Shown here one piece after another: positions 37,818 to 52,004 of a DNA stretch of 64,000 bases. The stretch's first letter is position 1. Each line of letters starts with the position of its first letter. Made by a program: the position numbers and the translations under genes. The notes below the pieces were generated by a model. It saw nothing but the letters and a program-made list of their open reading frames with translations, made no database searches and was not told the DNA's origin. This DNA is from Leucoraja erinacea (lineage: Eukaryota), in contig NC_073403.1 of the NCBI RefSeq assembly GCF_028641065.1, positions 23,374,001 to 23,438,000 of the forward strand, read 5' to 3'.

Positions 37818-39444
37818 TTACTGATCAGTTCTGAATTAAAAGCCGTCTATCCAGAAATTGACAAAATCTTTAACTTTCCACCACGCCACGCGAGAACAAT
37901 GGGCTCTATAATCATTTGAGCTATGAGAATAGAGAGAAAAATATCTGCTGAATTTAGCCACAAATTTTCACTTCTTAAAATCGTGAGTATATGAGAACCA
38001 GTTCATTAAATAGATGAATAGGGAGACAGGGAGGGATATCATAATGTCAGCTGTCACATGAAAGGTTACTGCAAATGTTTTAACCTCAATTAAAGCTATT
38101 TTATCACAGAATAAGGCGTTGTGGCCCCTTGTCATTTATAAAATTTCTACTCAGTAATTTTTACATAACTGGTGATATTTTAATTCCCCAGCCTACACTT
38201 TTCACAATTTAAGGATTGCACAGGTGCTAATTATGATAAATGAGTTCAGAGTGTTTATTAAATGTCGGATGAGGATTGGCTATTCAACTATTTAAGGCAG
38301 GCTAAGGACCAAGCTAAGGTCTAAACCACTGCGTATATGGCATGGCGGGTGGAAATATTGACTGCAGAAATCTCTCGTCAGTATTGGATGGAATTAATTA
38401 CTGAATGGTGTGGTTATGAAAGTACATGAAGTTTTTGCATTTCTGTCATGTAATGTGGTGAGGCTCAGGTTACTTGCCCAGGCTGCCCTATTGCTCAGTC
38501 AAGAAATTACCTTTTGTCTTAATGAGGAGATATCTGCAGTGTGTGTACGTGTGTATGTGCATGTGTGCATGTAGTTTCCATTTACCGGGAAATTGCCTGA
38601 CCCATGTGCATACACAAAAAAAAGTCTACGATTTCTGACACGCATCCAAAATAAACTAGCGACTATTCCTTCCATTTTGTGACAGGCAAGGCCAAACTAA
38701 TTACTTGTGTCATTGATTTACTTGGGAACTTTATGGAATTACATATTACAGTATTGAGAGAATTGAGTTTCAGCAGTATTACCCAAAGACTTTGTGCTGG
38801 ATTCTGAAATATTGCACCTCATTCAAAACTGACTTTAATAAATAAATAATTTAAGAGAAATGCCAGCATTAACTCAATTCCCAATTGGCAGAGATAGACA
38901 GCAGAACAACAATCTAAAATTCTTGGTTTTCAAATGGCTCTAAGACATCTTAAGCTACAGGACTGTTATCTTTGTATGTTGGGCCCTGCAGCAATGTGTC
39001 CTATATGGGGCCGCAGTAGGGAGTGTTAAAATTGCTGTTCAATTTTTGGTAAGGCACAATATTTTCTCTTCTGTGTAAATAGTTTTTTTCCAGAATTTAC
39101 TCTTGTTTGTGTTTCCAAAAATGCGTCTGAATCAAATGTAAATTGTTTGCCTTTGCTGCTGTATTTGAATATGACGGCCTTAATATTCCATTGCTTGTCA
39201 GATCTTGTGCCATTTTGTATTTGCTATTTCCTGAGAAATTCATTTCCATTGATTATGGGGCTGGTGACAGCTTGCGTGCTCTTGGAGGCCGCTCTGATCC
39301 CCAGCACTGACAGACAGGCCAGGAGGTGCCAAACCTCAGCATCATTGGGAACGGTTGGATCCAATTACCTGACATTAAATTAGTCCACCTGAACTTCAGC
39401 AGACTACTATAAGGTCCAGGCATTCTAGCCCAAGGGAGAGCGAA

Positions 39445-39600
39445 GGAGGAGAGAGGAGGGTGAGAGAGAGAGAGATGAGGGAGAGATGAGGGAGAGATGA
39501 GGGAGAGATGAGGGAGAGAGGAGTGAGAGAGAGGGAGGAGGGTGAGAGAGGGAGGAGGGGGAAGAGGGTGAGAGAGGGACGAGGGAGAGAGGAGGAAAAA
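39445..39600. repeat. GA-rich low-complexity tract with (gagagatgagg) units
   Basis: Seen directly. Confidence 0.85.
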
Positions 39601-39795
39601 AGAGGGGTGCCTCCCTGCTAGTTGTGCCCCCCTGTCACTGGTTTGAGGAAGACTGAGCCACTGGGACAAATCCGAGACCATCGTGATCAAGACTGAGCTG
39701 CAGGAAAGAAGCCCTAGACAGGCAGTGCCTCTACAGAGGCTAAGACTGAGTGGCCAGGGTGAGCCTGAGATGCCAGTGCTTCTTCCTGTGCACAG

Positions 39796-39935
39796 NNNNN
39801 NNNNNNNNNNNNNNNNNNNNNNNNNNNNNNNNNNNNNNNNNNNNNNNNNNNNNNNNNNNNNNNNNNNNNNNNNNNNNNNNNNNNNNNNNNNNNNNNNNNN
39901 NNNNNNNNNNNNNNNNNNNNNNNNNNNNNNNNNNN
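39796..39935. other. Assembly gap (140 N)
   Basis: Run of N. Confidence 1.
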
Positions 39936-40425
39936 GAGCCTCCTGGATATGCCAGCGACTGACACTGAGTCTCATCAAGCCCAGAGTTGAGGCGCCAGAA
40001 TAATCCAGAGCCCACCAGCTCTCAAGGCAAAATTGAACTGCTGAAAGAAGCCTGAAGCCTGAGATTGCCACTCCTCCTCATTTGAGATGAGAACTGAGCT
40101 GCCAGGACAAGCCTGAGATTGTCACCGTACACGCGCCCCGATGATGAGGGACAGCGCCTCCATGTGATACTGGACAATCCTGTCACGGTAAATAAAATAT
40201 ATTTTATGAATATATATTCACCCTAATGTGAGTGTTGGTGTCGTCACTGTCGTCATCGCCGATGCCACAGGGCTCATGGCGGGTTCAATTGTTTTATGTC
40301 AACCCGATTTTCAAATGGCCAATTATAATGGTGGGGAACACCTGCCTAATAATCAGTTAAAAATCTCCCAGTGTTCACTTTCTAACCTTGACAAATGGTG
40401 CCGTTGCGGTAGAGCTGCTGCCTTA

Positions 40426-41843
40426 AAGGCCTTTCTCACGTTACGAGCTGACACAAGAGGTAACCCGAGTTAAACCTCGTGGTAATAATGTACGATTAAC
40501 GTATGGCATTCGTGGACGCAACGTAGTGCATCGTGGCGCTAACGGCAGGTTCTCGTGCAACTTGTCTACTCTTGCAAAAAATCAAACATGTTTGAAATTT
40601 TCCACGAGTCAATTTTACTCTTGTGGTTATTAATTGAAACATTTTAACTCGATTTAAGAACGTAGTGGCCTGTGCGTTTACCTTAGTGGATCGTGAGTCT
40701 ACCGTGGGAACTCTTTAACTCAGCAGGCAGGCAGCAGCAGATTGTCGCTCCCTTCAGTTTCCCAGCGACAGTCACCTGCCATAACGCGAGAGAGGTCATG
40801 CACTGTTGTAGGTCTCCTTTGCACGTCGGTGTTTCTGTCTTTCTCCACTCATTGTTGGCCCTATCTGTCACTACCCCCACCTACACCCCTCTGCTTCCCG
40901 GCCACGTGTGTGACCCCTTCCCTCCACTCTCCAGCTCCCCGCCCATTGCACCGGCGCGGGGGCTTTGCACTGTCTTCACGTCGGCGATGCCAGCAGATCC
41001 GTGCCAGTCACCGGAGACGTCAGGACCAATGGGACATCGACCCCCAGGCCCACCAGGCCCACCAGGCTTACTGCAAGCACGGAGAACCCAGAGACCCACA
41101 GCCAACAGCAACCAGCCCAGCCCCGCTCCAACTCCAGAGGAACCCGGGTTGCGGATGAGGGGGCGCAGCTCAGGCTGTGGGCGAACTGCCACTTGTCGCC
41201 GTAGCGGCCCATCGGGGAGCGGGTTCCTGTCGGTCCTGACGTCTCCGGCCACCCCCCTGGACAGGAGCTGAGACTGGGAACTGTACTGCCCTTGCAGGTG
41301 AGCAGAAGAGTGTGGTTGTTTGCAGTTGCAGAGGGAGGGGGCAAGGGCGGTACAGTTCCCAGTCTCAGCTCCTGTCCAGGGGGGTGGCTGGAGAAGTCAG
41401 GACCAACGGGACACCGACCCCCAGGCCCACTGCAAGCACGGAGATCCCAGAGACCCACAGCCAGCAGCAACTCCAGCTCAGCCCCGCTCCAACTCCAGAG
41501 GAACACGCTGATGGTGTGCAAGGTACATCTTGTTCTTGGGGTGGTGGATGAGGGGGCGCAACTCGGGCTGTGGGCGAACTGCCACTTGTCGCCCATCGGG
41601 GAGTGGATTCCTTTGGAGTTGGAGGGGGAGGGGGGGTATTGTGCTGTTTGATCGCCCCCTGCTATCCCAGGGACAGGGAGACACAGCGGCTTTTGAGACT
41701 GGTGGGGATTCACTTCCAAAGTTCTGCCCACACAGTCAGTACACCTCTCCTACTCTTGTCTCCCGCACTAAGATCACCCCGCAGAGAATGATCCCAGCCT
41801 AACCCAAGAGCCATGTCACCCCAGACAGATTGCTGACGCCCGC

Positions 41844-41886
<43 letters not shown>

Positions 41887-42475
41887 CCCCCCCCCCCCCC
41901 CCCCCCCCCCCCCAACCTCTCTCCATCTCATCTCAACTCATGCCTGGGCACCAAAGCAACTCAGGAGGCGAACCTTGAGCTCCGTTTCACAACAATCTGA
42001 TGTGCACATCCGTCCACATTCAAAGATTTAATCTCCCGTCTCCCCGCAGTGTGTAGACATGGCAGTAAATTCAATTAAAACATATCAAACCTGTGTGTTT
42101 CAAACAAATCATAGGTATAACTGCTCTGGCACTGGATGGTGCATATTTTCCCTTTGTAGGTCACATCAATAGATGCGGCCGCTCTGAATTATATCCTTAA
42201 AACAAAGCCACAGGATGGAGAGGTCTTCTTTAACACTGTTGCTTATTAAAACATAACACTGTTGCTTATTAAAACAAAACTTCAATCAGGATTGGCTCAA
42301 GAGTAACTCGGGAGACGAACTGGGAACATCGCAGAAATGACAAGTAAACGGCAAACTTGTCATACCCGTGGGAACTCGGTTAAACTCTTGATCTTTCACT
42401 TGTTATATCGTGCTCAACCACGACCCCTTCACTCGGGTTACCTCTTGCGTCAGCTCGTAACGTGAGAATGGCCTA
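40426..42475. mobile_element. 2.05-kb non-autonomous PIF/Harbinger-type DNA transposon inserted in an HE1 SINE head
   Basis: About 45-bp TIRs (aggcctttctcacgttacgagctgacacaagaggtaacccgagt, 2 mismatches). TTA TSD at 40423-40425 and 42476-42478. The SINE continues at 42479-42760. Confidence 0.85.
41845..41913. repeat. Poly-C tract
   Basis: About 68 C with one G; length may be a sequencing artefact. Confidence 0.9.
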
Positions 42476-45400
42476 TTATAGAGCCGGAGCCCGGTTCGAT
42501 TCTGACTACGGGTGCTGTCTGTACAGAGTTTATATGTTCTCCCCATGATCTGCATGGGTTTTCCCTGAGATCTTCGGTTTCTTCCCACACTCCAAAGACG
42601 TACAGATTTTTAGCTTAATAGGCTTGGTATGAATGTAAAATTGTCACTAGTGTATGTAGGATAGTGTTAGTGTGTGGGATCGCTGGTCGGTGTCAGAATC
42701 AGTAGGCTGAAGGGCCTGTTTCCATGCTGTATCTCTAAATTAAACTAAATTAAACTAAACCTATAACTCAACCTTGCCAACAACTGTGTCAACTCTTGAT
42801 CTTTCTACCACTAGCATTCTTCCAGAAGACAATACTTGTGCAATTTGGTTATGACAGGCAAGGACCTGTTTCCACGCTGTATCTCTAAACTAAACTGAGA
42901 CATCAGAGTTTGGCTGTGTGTATGTGTGATTAAGCAGGGATGTGTTGAGAAACTGAATATGGAATATAATCTCATTATGATCCAAGGTCATCGCATTTAA
43001 TTGCAGAAATTAATAAATTTATGCGTGCAATACTAATTTTACTTCCATCCCTCGAGAATCTTGAGATGGTTTAAACTGGAGGAATCATTTTAGAATTAGA
43101 AAACCAGCTTTAACCTTTCAACCATTCAGTTAGTTTGAGGATATCAAATACATTATTTTATTTGGTGCTTGGTTAGAAAATTAGCAAGTTAGTGATCACG
43201 AGGCAAATAATTTGTAATTTACAGTCAAATCACAGGGCAATTAGGAAGCTTCCAAACAGTACTGGACTGTGTTACTTTTTGCTTTTAATTGCCTCAGCAA
43301 TTACACTGCAAATTGGCAACGTGAGAAATAAAAATGTGACCTTTTTGTTTACTCTTGCCAGTCTTCAGATTTTTTTTACTGTAATGAGAATGTTTATGCA
43401 ATTTTAATTATATTCGGCATACAGAGGCTTAATTGAATTTTATTTCAGTCATTCACATCTGCGCTTACACACACTAGTGACATTCTCTTGTAGCCGAAGA
43501 CTTCTGCAATGTATTTCTGTTTCCTGATTCAGACAAACATATTTAAATATAAATGTTCCTGATAACATTAAGTCTGCTGATACTGCTGATACTGCTGATG
43601 AAATGGCGCTTAGCTTTTTACGCTACACCCGTTTCTTGTATCCATGTACACGCGTGTATGTTGATGCAATTGAATGTCCTTATGTGTTTTAATGTGTGAG
43701 TAATTCTGTGCCTGGGTTGTATTAATTGTTGAGAACTATCTCGCAAATGACTGTGGTAAATGGAGGAAGGCCTGAGTTCATCTTTCTAGTTTCAATAAGA
43801 TGTCCTCATCCTTTTAGACTAAGAATGTGAACTACTCATCCAAAGAGCAGTGTTTGAACATTCAGAGATGGACATGTCAGTTTAGATTTACATCCACTCT
43901 AAATATGTAATTGTATTGCAATAATTTGTCCACACCCAAAACATTGAAGTGAATTCTGCAATTTAACTCTTCAATTACCTACTGCTATATTTGTCCTTAA
44001 AGAGTTTAAAAAACTTGAGAACATAAGCGTCTTGATCCAAAACGTTACCCATTCTTTCTCTCCAGAGATGCTGCCTGTCCCGCTGAGCTACTCCAGAGCT
44101 TTGTGTTTATCTTCGGTGTAAACTAGCATCTGCAGATCCTTCCTACACATACTTCGCCATTGCTACCTGACTCCAAAATCAATCACCTCGCTCCCACCCC
44201 TTTGGTAAACGTGCTGCCATATACTCTTGCTTGTACCTCTACCTCATTAGGTTATTCCACTATTGTGGGTTTTTTTACACTACAATCTGCTGTCTTGCAC
44301 TTGTCTTTGTGTTCACTGTATTTATCATTGCTGCATGTTTGCTATTTACTCTCAGCTTCCTGTTAACAAATAATTTCATTGCGCTGTGATGTCTATGACA
44401 CTAAACAAATCTGGAATCTGAACTCCATTTCAATAGAGTTCAGATAAATTCTTCTATCAAGTCCCCTGCGTGTTTGCTCATGTCGAATAAAGACCTGCTT
44501 CATCTGCAGCTTGTGTCTTCATGTGGCTCCTTGAAAGTCACAGAGGCATGCAAGTGCCATTCACATTGGAGGCAGCCCATCAGACGTTCAAAGTGCCATT
44601 CAGTAACCCAGTAATCATGTTCCGTCGTGTCAAAAGCGCATTTTCATTCAAGTAACACAGGCATTAACAGTTTCATGCATTCAAATGTTTGGATATTTGA
44701 TGTATGTTTCTAAAACTTTTATTTATTATACCACTGGCCGTGCTTTATTGTGCACTTGTAAAATATTATCAACACTGAATATTGAATTTAGGCCAGAATG
44801 GATTAGGCTGACTGCTTGTTTCCATTGGATGTTTGCAAAACATGTTTCTTTTAAAAAGCAATCCAGTAGTTTAATGTGTAGGAAGGAACTGCAGATGTTA
44901 GTTTACACTGAGGATAGATATAAAAATCTGGAGTAACTCGGCGGAACAGGCTGCATTTCTTGAGAGAAGAAATGGGTGACGTTTTGGATCGAGATCCTTC
45001 TTGTTCTTCACTCAAACATCACCCTTCCTTCTCTCCAGAGATGCTGCCTGTCTCACTGAGTTACTCCAGCATTTTGTGTCCATCTTCAGTAGTTTAATAC
45101 CGCTGTTAAACTAGCTTTTCATTCGAGAATTCTTGAATTAATCAGATTTAAATTCCCCTGCAATCCAGATGAGAATGAGTGTGTGTCTCGAGTGTATTAA
45201 TCCAAGCCTGCAGATCAGTCCATTGGCAAACCTATTATGCTATGATGCACCTGAGTCAGAATATCTCACGATGGGATTGTCCCTGACTTTTATTGAAGGT
45301 GCAGGTAAATTGTTCTTTCAGTTGCGTTTCTCCTTGTAACCTAATAAATAATACTTCTTTGTTTTATACCTAATTTTAATGTTCCATAGTCAAATATAGA

Positions 45401-46829
45401 ACACATTAAATGTACAGGAGAATATTATTTCCATTCCTTGGAAACAAATGTTCCTTTTGTGCAGGTAAAGCGAACATTTAGGCACAAGGAACCGCAGATG
45501 CTGGTTTAGAAAAAAAACACACAAAGGGCAGGAGTAACTCAACAGGTCAGGCAACCGCTCTGGAGAACATGGATAGATGACGTCTCAGGTCGGGACCCTC
45601 TTTCACATTTTTATAAACCGCCTTTTGAAACAAACGTGCCACAATTTGTCAGCCTTGTTATATCTGTGATTATTCTGTTCGAATTTTAGGATTAATCGAA
45701 TCTGTGACTCCCGAAATGTGGTGGAGCGAACTGGAAAACTTTCTCTGCATGCAACAGAAAGGAACAACATCATTTGATAGTAATTATGCATTTGATTCAA
45801 GGACCTTGTAGTCAATTAATTAGCTGTTGTGTTTCCAGCTTTCACAACTGTGACAATGCAATTGAAGTGCCTAATGGATCATAAACTGCCCTGGAATATC
45901 TTGACATTTTGAAATATCTCCATAAACACACATTTCTTTCTGTCTCTAATGTAGAGATTTCCTTCCACTCAGTCCTCAACCCTCTAGGAGGGACAGAGAC
46001 ATGGATTCACTGCGATGACAAAGACTCAGATACAGCTGTCCTCTCCTGTGCACCCACACACATGCGCACAAAAATAAATACAAATCTGCCCAATAATGTC
46101 CGAAAAGTGTTTTCATGCATTGATAAACATGTTAAAACTTTTAAATATTTGAAGTAAATGTTATTGCTTCCAAAACTATATAAAAAATATAATTGAAAAT
46201 GTATATTCTCTTCAATGGAGATATCTTGAGACACAAAGTGCTGGAGTAACTCAGAGGGTTACTGGAGCATCATTGGAGAACAAAAATAAGTGATGTTTCG
46301 GGTTTGCACCCTTCTTCAGTCTGAAGAAGGGTCCTGACCCAAAAGGTCATCTCTAAAGATGCTGCCTGACCCGCTCCAGCACTCTGTGTCTTTTCTTATA
46401 AACCAGCATCTGCAGTTCCTTATTTCTACTATTCTCCGGGATATTATGAGTGCTGATTCCCCATCTCAGATGATGGTGATTCTTTCACTGGGTTTGCAAA
46501 TACTGTAGCTTAGCATCAGGAATGAACACTTGTGAATGGAAGAGTACACCTGCGTGCGTTACTGTTCTTGGAGCTTTTACAACTCATTGTGGGGTGGTTG
46601 AAGCTACTGAGGAAATTGGGCATGGAAGCTCTGAGGTCAAACTGAAACACATGCACCATGGGGGCCTGAGTGTACCAAATCACCGACACTTGAAAGTTCA
46701 TTTGTGGAAAGATTGTAGCTAGAAAGGCTGATGTATTCACTGTGTGAATATAGCATTTGGCGAATATATGGCATTACGATTAGTGAGAAAATAAGATGAG
46801 AGAAAAAAAAACATAAGAAAGAACAGATA

Positions 46830-47555
46830 GGGTGAATACATTGTCTTTTTCACCCAGAGTAGGGGAATCAAGAACCAGAGGACATAGCTTTATGGTGAGC
46901 GGAGAAAACTTTAATAGGAACCAGAGGTGCAATTTTTAACAGTGATGTGTATATGAAATGAGCTGCCGGAGAAGGTAGCTGAGGCGGGGTACTATAACAA
47001 CATTTTAAAATACTTTGGATTGGTGCATGGATTGGAAAGGTTTAGAAGGAAATGGGCTAAAGACGAGTAGGTGGGACAAGCGAGATGGGGCATCTTGGTG
47101 GGCATGGGCAAGATGGGTCGAAGGGACCATTTCTCTGCTTTATGACTATGACTTTAGAATTCTTCAATGTAAATTCTTTAATAGATTATTAAGCAGAGCT
47201 TTAAAACAACCTTGTATCCCTGGTGTATTTTCGCTGGAGGAATTAAATAAATGCGTTATTCTAACTGGGGTGCAAATAAGGAATAGCAGGAATACCTTCA
47301 GATGGATAAGACAATTGAATCAATGAAGGTGGTGTCATCAGAGTTGGCTTTGCAGGAAGTGTGGAAACAGGAGAGAGGGACTAGTTGAGGCAGGTACGAC
47401 AACAACATTTCCAATGCATTTGGACAGGTAGATGGATGGGAATGGTTCAGAGGGACTTGGGCATAACACTGGCAAATAGGTCTAGCTTTGATGGGGCATC
47501 TTGGTTGACATGGGCAAGTAGGGCTGGAGGGCGTGTTTCTGTGCTGTATGACTCA
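46830..47555 (+). mobile_element. Two old CR1 3' fragments (about 46830-47150 and 47380-47555)
   Basis: Degenerate CR1 3' UTR motifs. Confidence 0.6.
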
Positions 47556-47690
47556 ATGAACAGTGCACAAAGTATTGCATAATTTCACCAGACCACTCAT
47601 GTAAAGGATAAAGGATTTAATTAAAGGCAGCATGGGTTACAACTACATTGCCAAATCAAAGAGCTTACACACATTTGGGATTGGTTCAAT

Positions 47691-48000
47691 TATAGGTTAC
47701 GATAAAGGGAACTGCGGCGTCCCGCATGTCGGCGTCCAATGTCAATTGGGCGCGTCTGGGTCATCAGTTTAGCGGAGTCGAGACGGTAGGTTGATTTCCA
47801 AAGAACTTTATTACAAAAGTTAAACGAAAACAACGGTGGTCTTATGACAGCTAAATAACAGTGTCACTACCACAACGGTAGTGAACAGAATGAATGGGTT
47901 TGCCCAGAAAAGCGTGCGAAAACCCCTCCCCACGGTCATGTGTCCGAGGTAGCCAATCGAAGGGTTCGACTACCTCAAGGTACCAGCAGGTGCCGCTACA
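47691..48000 (-). mobile_element. Probable solo LTR (310 bp)
   Basis: CpG-rich block with ends tatag/ctaca (TG mutated to TA), 4-bp TSD caat, and minus-strand AATAAA at 47807-47812. Confidence 0.6.
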
Positions 48001-48284
48001 CAATGACAGGCAGGGTGCATTTGTTAACACTTTCAAATAAGTTATTAAAATTTATGCATGAAAAGTTTTTTAAAAAAGCAGGCATAAAATTAACAGCCCC
48101 TCAAGACAGTTCCTTCATGTTACCTCTGCATGTCCTGACTTATCACCATGATTAACTATAGAACCACGGCAACAAGAAACCATTGCCACCTTTGGCTGAG
48201 GCTGCGACATCTCACTGTTTATTGTTTTTATTGGGAGACAATTGCCACACCAGTTCTGGGACATGCACTTGTTTAGTTCACTTT

Positions 48285-48591
48285 TGTTTTAGTTTAGAGA
48301 TACAGCGCAGAAAGAGGCCCTTCGGCCCACCGAGTCCGCACCAACTAACGATCCCCGCACATTAACACACACTAGGGATAATTTACATTTATACCAGGCC
48401 AATTAACCTACAAACCTGTACGTCTTTGGAATGTGGGAGGAAACCGAAGATCTCGGAGAAAACCCAAGCAGGTCACGGGGAGAACGTACAAACTCAGTGC
48501 AGGCAGCACCCGTAGTCGGGATCGAACCCGGGTCTCTAGCACTGCAAGCGCTGTAAGGCAGCGACTATGCCGCTGCGCCACCGTGCCGCCC
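48285..48591 (-). mobile_element. HE1-type SINE, CpG-rich young copy
   Basis: Near-consensus reverse complement. Confidence 0.9.
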
Positions 48592-49349
48592 TATTGTCCG
48601 TTGTCTATTGTCTTGTCAATTTGTAACAATTGGGATAATATTTCATTGGGAATCAATAAACATTCTTCTCCTTGACCTTTTGGGTAATGCATGACCTTTG
48701 GAAAAGAGGTAAAATCTTACGTTAGTTTCTAGCTTAATATGCCCACAGCTACATTAAAGCTCTTGGTTACGGTATCCACGGTGCAGGAGAGGGTACCATG
48801 ATTGTTTTGGTACATGACTGCCTGACATTAGAGTCTGGGAATTCAGATCAAAGTAGGAATGAAGGGAAGACTATCTAAACAGTCTATGGAAATATAATGT
48901 ACAAACATGCCCACAGAAAAATGCAGCCAGTCATAACATTTTAATTGTTTACACATCCATCAAACTCTAACAAAAATGAATATATATTGTTCATGCCTTT
49001 TTCTGAATTTTCTGCTTTAATATTAATGTGACTCAGTGGCATAAAGGTTTTACTCATAACAGCATTTCAAGGTGAATATTTATTGTGTTCTCCAGTATCT
49101 TCCATTTGATTTGGCATGTTCAGTGGCAACCAATTATCAGGTAATGACTACAGTTAAAATATCTATAGTTGTTTAGCATTCAGACTTCCTTGTTTGCAGT
49201 ACACCTTCAGTGATGAAATGCATTTGGCCCGTAGTGTATATTTTTACGGTATGTTCTGTCAAGAACTGGCTAAAGTATTTATTGCACCTAAAGATTTGCA
49301 GATCTTTGGAGATGCAAGACACCACAGATGCTGAAATTTTGAGTAAAAC

Positions 49350-49672
49350 ATGGCACAATGGCACAGCAGTAGAGTTGCTGCCTTGCAGTGCCAGAGACCT
49401 GGGTTCAATCCTGACCTCTGGTGCTATCCACAGAGTTTGTACATTCACCCCCGCCCCCGACCTGTGTGGGTTTTCTCTGGGATCTCCAGTTTCCTCCTAC
49501 ATTCCAAAGACACGGTTTGTAGGTTAATTGGTTTGGTATAATCATGAATTGTCCCTAGTGTGTGTGGGATAGCATAAATGTGTGTGTATTGCTGGTTAGT
49601 GCAGATTCAGTGGGCCGAAGGGCCTGTTTCTACGCTGTATCTCTAAGCTAAACTAAATTAAACTAAACTAAA
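49350..49672 (+). mobile_element. HE1-type SINE
   Basis: Head, central domain and (ctaaa)n tail. Confidence 0.85.
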
Positions 49673-52004
49673 CACAAACCACTGGAGGTACTCATCAGAT
49701 TAGGGAGTCTCTGTGGAGGAATAGACAGGCGACATTTTGGGTTAAGAACCTCATCAGACTGATTATGGTCGGGATGAGAAGGTTGGTAAGGATGGGGGGG
49801 CGGACCCCTTCTCTATTTCCTGAGCTCCCACCCCTTCCCAGTGAAGGGAATAGATGGATGATATTTCAGGTCAGGACCCTTCTGCTCCCTGCTGAGTTCC
49901 CCCAGCACTTTGTATTTGTCCACAGATCTTTGTTGTGCACAAATTTAACAGGTTCTAATATGACACGATACGATATAACTTTATTTATCCCAGAAGGGAA
50001 ATTGATCTGCCAACAGTCATCAAATACAAAATGCATGAAACATGAAATTAAAGTGATTAGTGGAAAGAATTGGGGACGTGCAAAGTTGGGGGGGGGGGGG
50101 GGGGGGGGAGCGGTTTCGATTGTAAAGTAGGAAGTGTTTCGATTGTAAGGTATATCAGCCAAAATAAAGATAAAAATAGGCATTTGATCCTATGGACTTT
50201 CATCATATTATATTACAGATATGATGTTTATTCATGTGATATTTGCTTCTGGCATTAGCTTACTACAGGCAACACATCTTAGCGTCATAGAGTGATACCG
50301 TGTGGAAACAGGCCCTTCGGCCCACACCGACCAACATGTCCCAGCTACACTAGTCCCACCTGTCTGTGCTTGGTCCATATCCCTCCAAACCTGTCCTATC
50401 CATGTACCTGTCTAACTGTTTCTTAAACATTGGGATAGTCCCAGCCTCACCTACTGCACCCACCACCCTTTGTATGAAAAAGTTACCCCTCAGATTCCTA
50501 TTAAATATTTTCCCCTTCACTTTGAACCTATGCCCTGTTCCGGACACCTGCATTATAGTCGTGTTTCTAGAAAATGGTGTGCATCACGATTTTCCGTGAC
50601 GCAAATACAAGTCACCTACTTATGTGTCGAGAAAAAAATTAATTGTGTTTAATTATTAATGCCCAAATTCCATGAGAATAAATATTTTTGCCTAATGATT
50701 TGTGAATTCTCTGGGGATTGATGTAGATAATTCTGAAAATGATATTTGGCAAAGTTTGTAATATATTTAACCTAAGATCTTACATGCTAGGGAAGCATTA
50801 TGGGAAAAGAGGCCAACACAGTGAAGGTAGCTTAAAGGGTCGTGTTAGGAGAGGCAATAACTAGACTTAGGAAGTGTTTCGATTGTAAGGTGTATCAGCC
50901 AAAATAAAGATAAACATAGGCAGTTGTAAAACCAGGCTGAGGGCAATAAAACTGATCGAGAAGTAACAGAAGTCCTTTATTGTACCCATTTATCAGACAA
51001 ATGGAAGAACGTCTTACAAATAATAGAAAACGGGTTAAGAATAACTCTGGGGAAAAAATAGAATGGTTCAAAGGTCTCTTTATTATCATGTGTACCAATG
51101 TACGGTAAAATACCCTTTTTGCATAAAACTCAGCACGATTACCACCTTGTAAACATTGTAACTGGGGAGTTAATCCCCAGTTGTAACTTTCAGCATAATA
51201 CCCAGTTTATAGAATGCCCACTGGTTCTATAGGCAAGAGGCGTCACCTTGGCACCATTTTACAGTCTTGGCAGCAGCTGGCCACAAAGGCCCGTTGCAGC
51301 CATCACCTCCATTCCAGTCCAATACAAGGCTACAAAAAGACGTTGATCACTGATGAATTATTTCAAAAATATAAAATCTTTATGTAACCATTATCTCGCC
51401 AGTGTATAAAAATCCTGTAGGTGCAGTGAATCATTGAAACACTTTGGGTTCTCAGAGTTCACTCCCAGCCCCACCTTCACATAGGGGAAGATGAAGTTCA
51501 CCTGTATTTGCAATTGACTTTGAGTGTCTTAAGGTTCCGTTGAATGCCATTTTCCCAAAGATTTGCTTTATATTGAGATGGCACAATTTATGAATAATTA
51601 ATGCAAGTGAATATAGATTTAAGAATATTTTTTTCTTAATTATGAACTACTTCCTTGATTTTCCTACAGTGTTGATTGTAATGAGAAACATCAAATAATA
51701 CATTCAATATAAATATTGGTAGAAATTACTCTTAACTAAAGTTTTTGTATACTTTTGATTTTCTTCCTGTAGTTAAGAATTTATAAACATTTAAACTTTC
51801 CACCTTAATGCACTTTTAAGGTTAAAAGTCAATCCTTGAACATAACATCATAGGTGTCTGACTGAAATTAAAATGTCTTGTTTTACAGCAGAGAGCTCAC
51901 CTAAAAAAAACATACAGTTTGGCTATAACATTCTTTGGGACATTCTGAGGTTATGTCAGGCCCTATATAAACTCTTCCTTGATGATAGGTTTAGGTTGAG
52001 GTTT

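Noticed and set aside
39253-40071. 272-aa and overlapping ORFs across the gap
   Set aside because: Artefacts of the N run and the GA-rich low-complexity sequence.
40693-41931. Cluster of long overlapping ORFs
   Set aside because: GC-rich transposon cargo and poly-C lack stop codons by composition; no recognisable domain.
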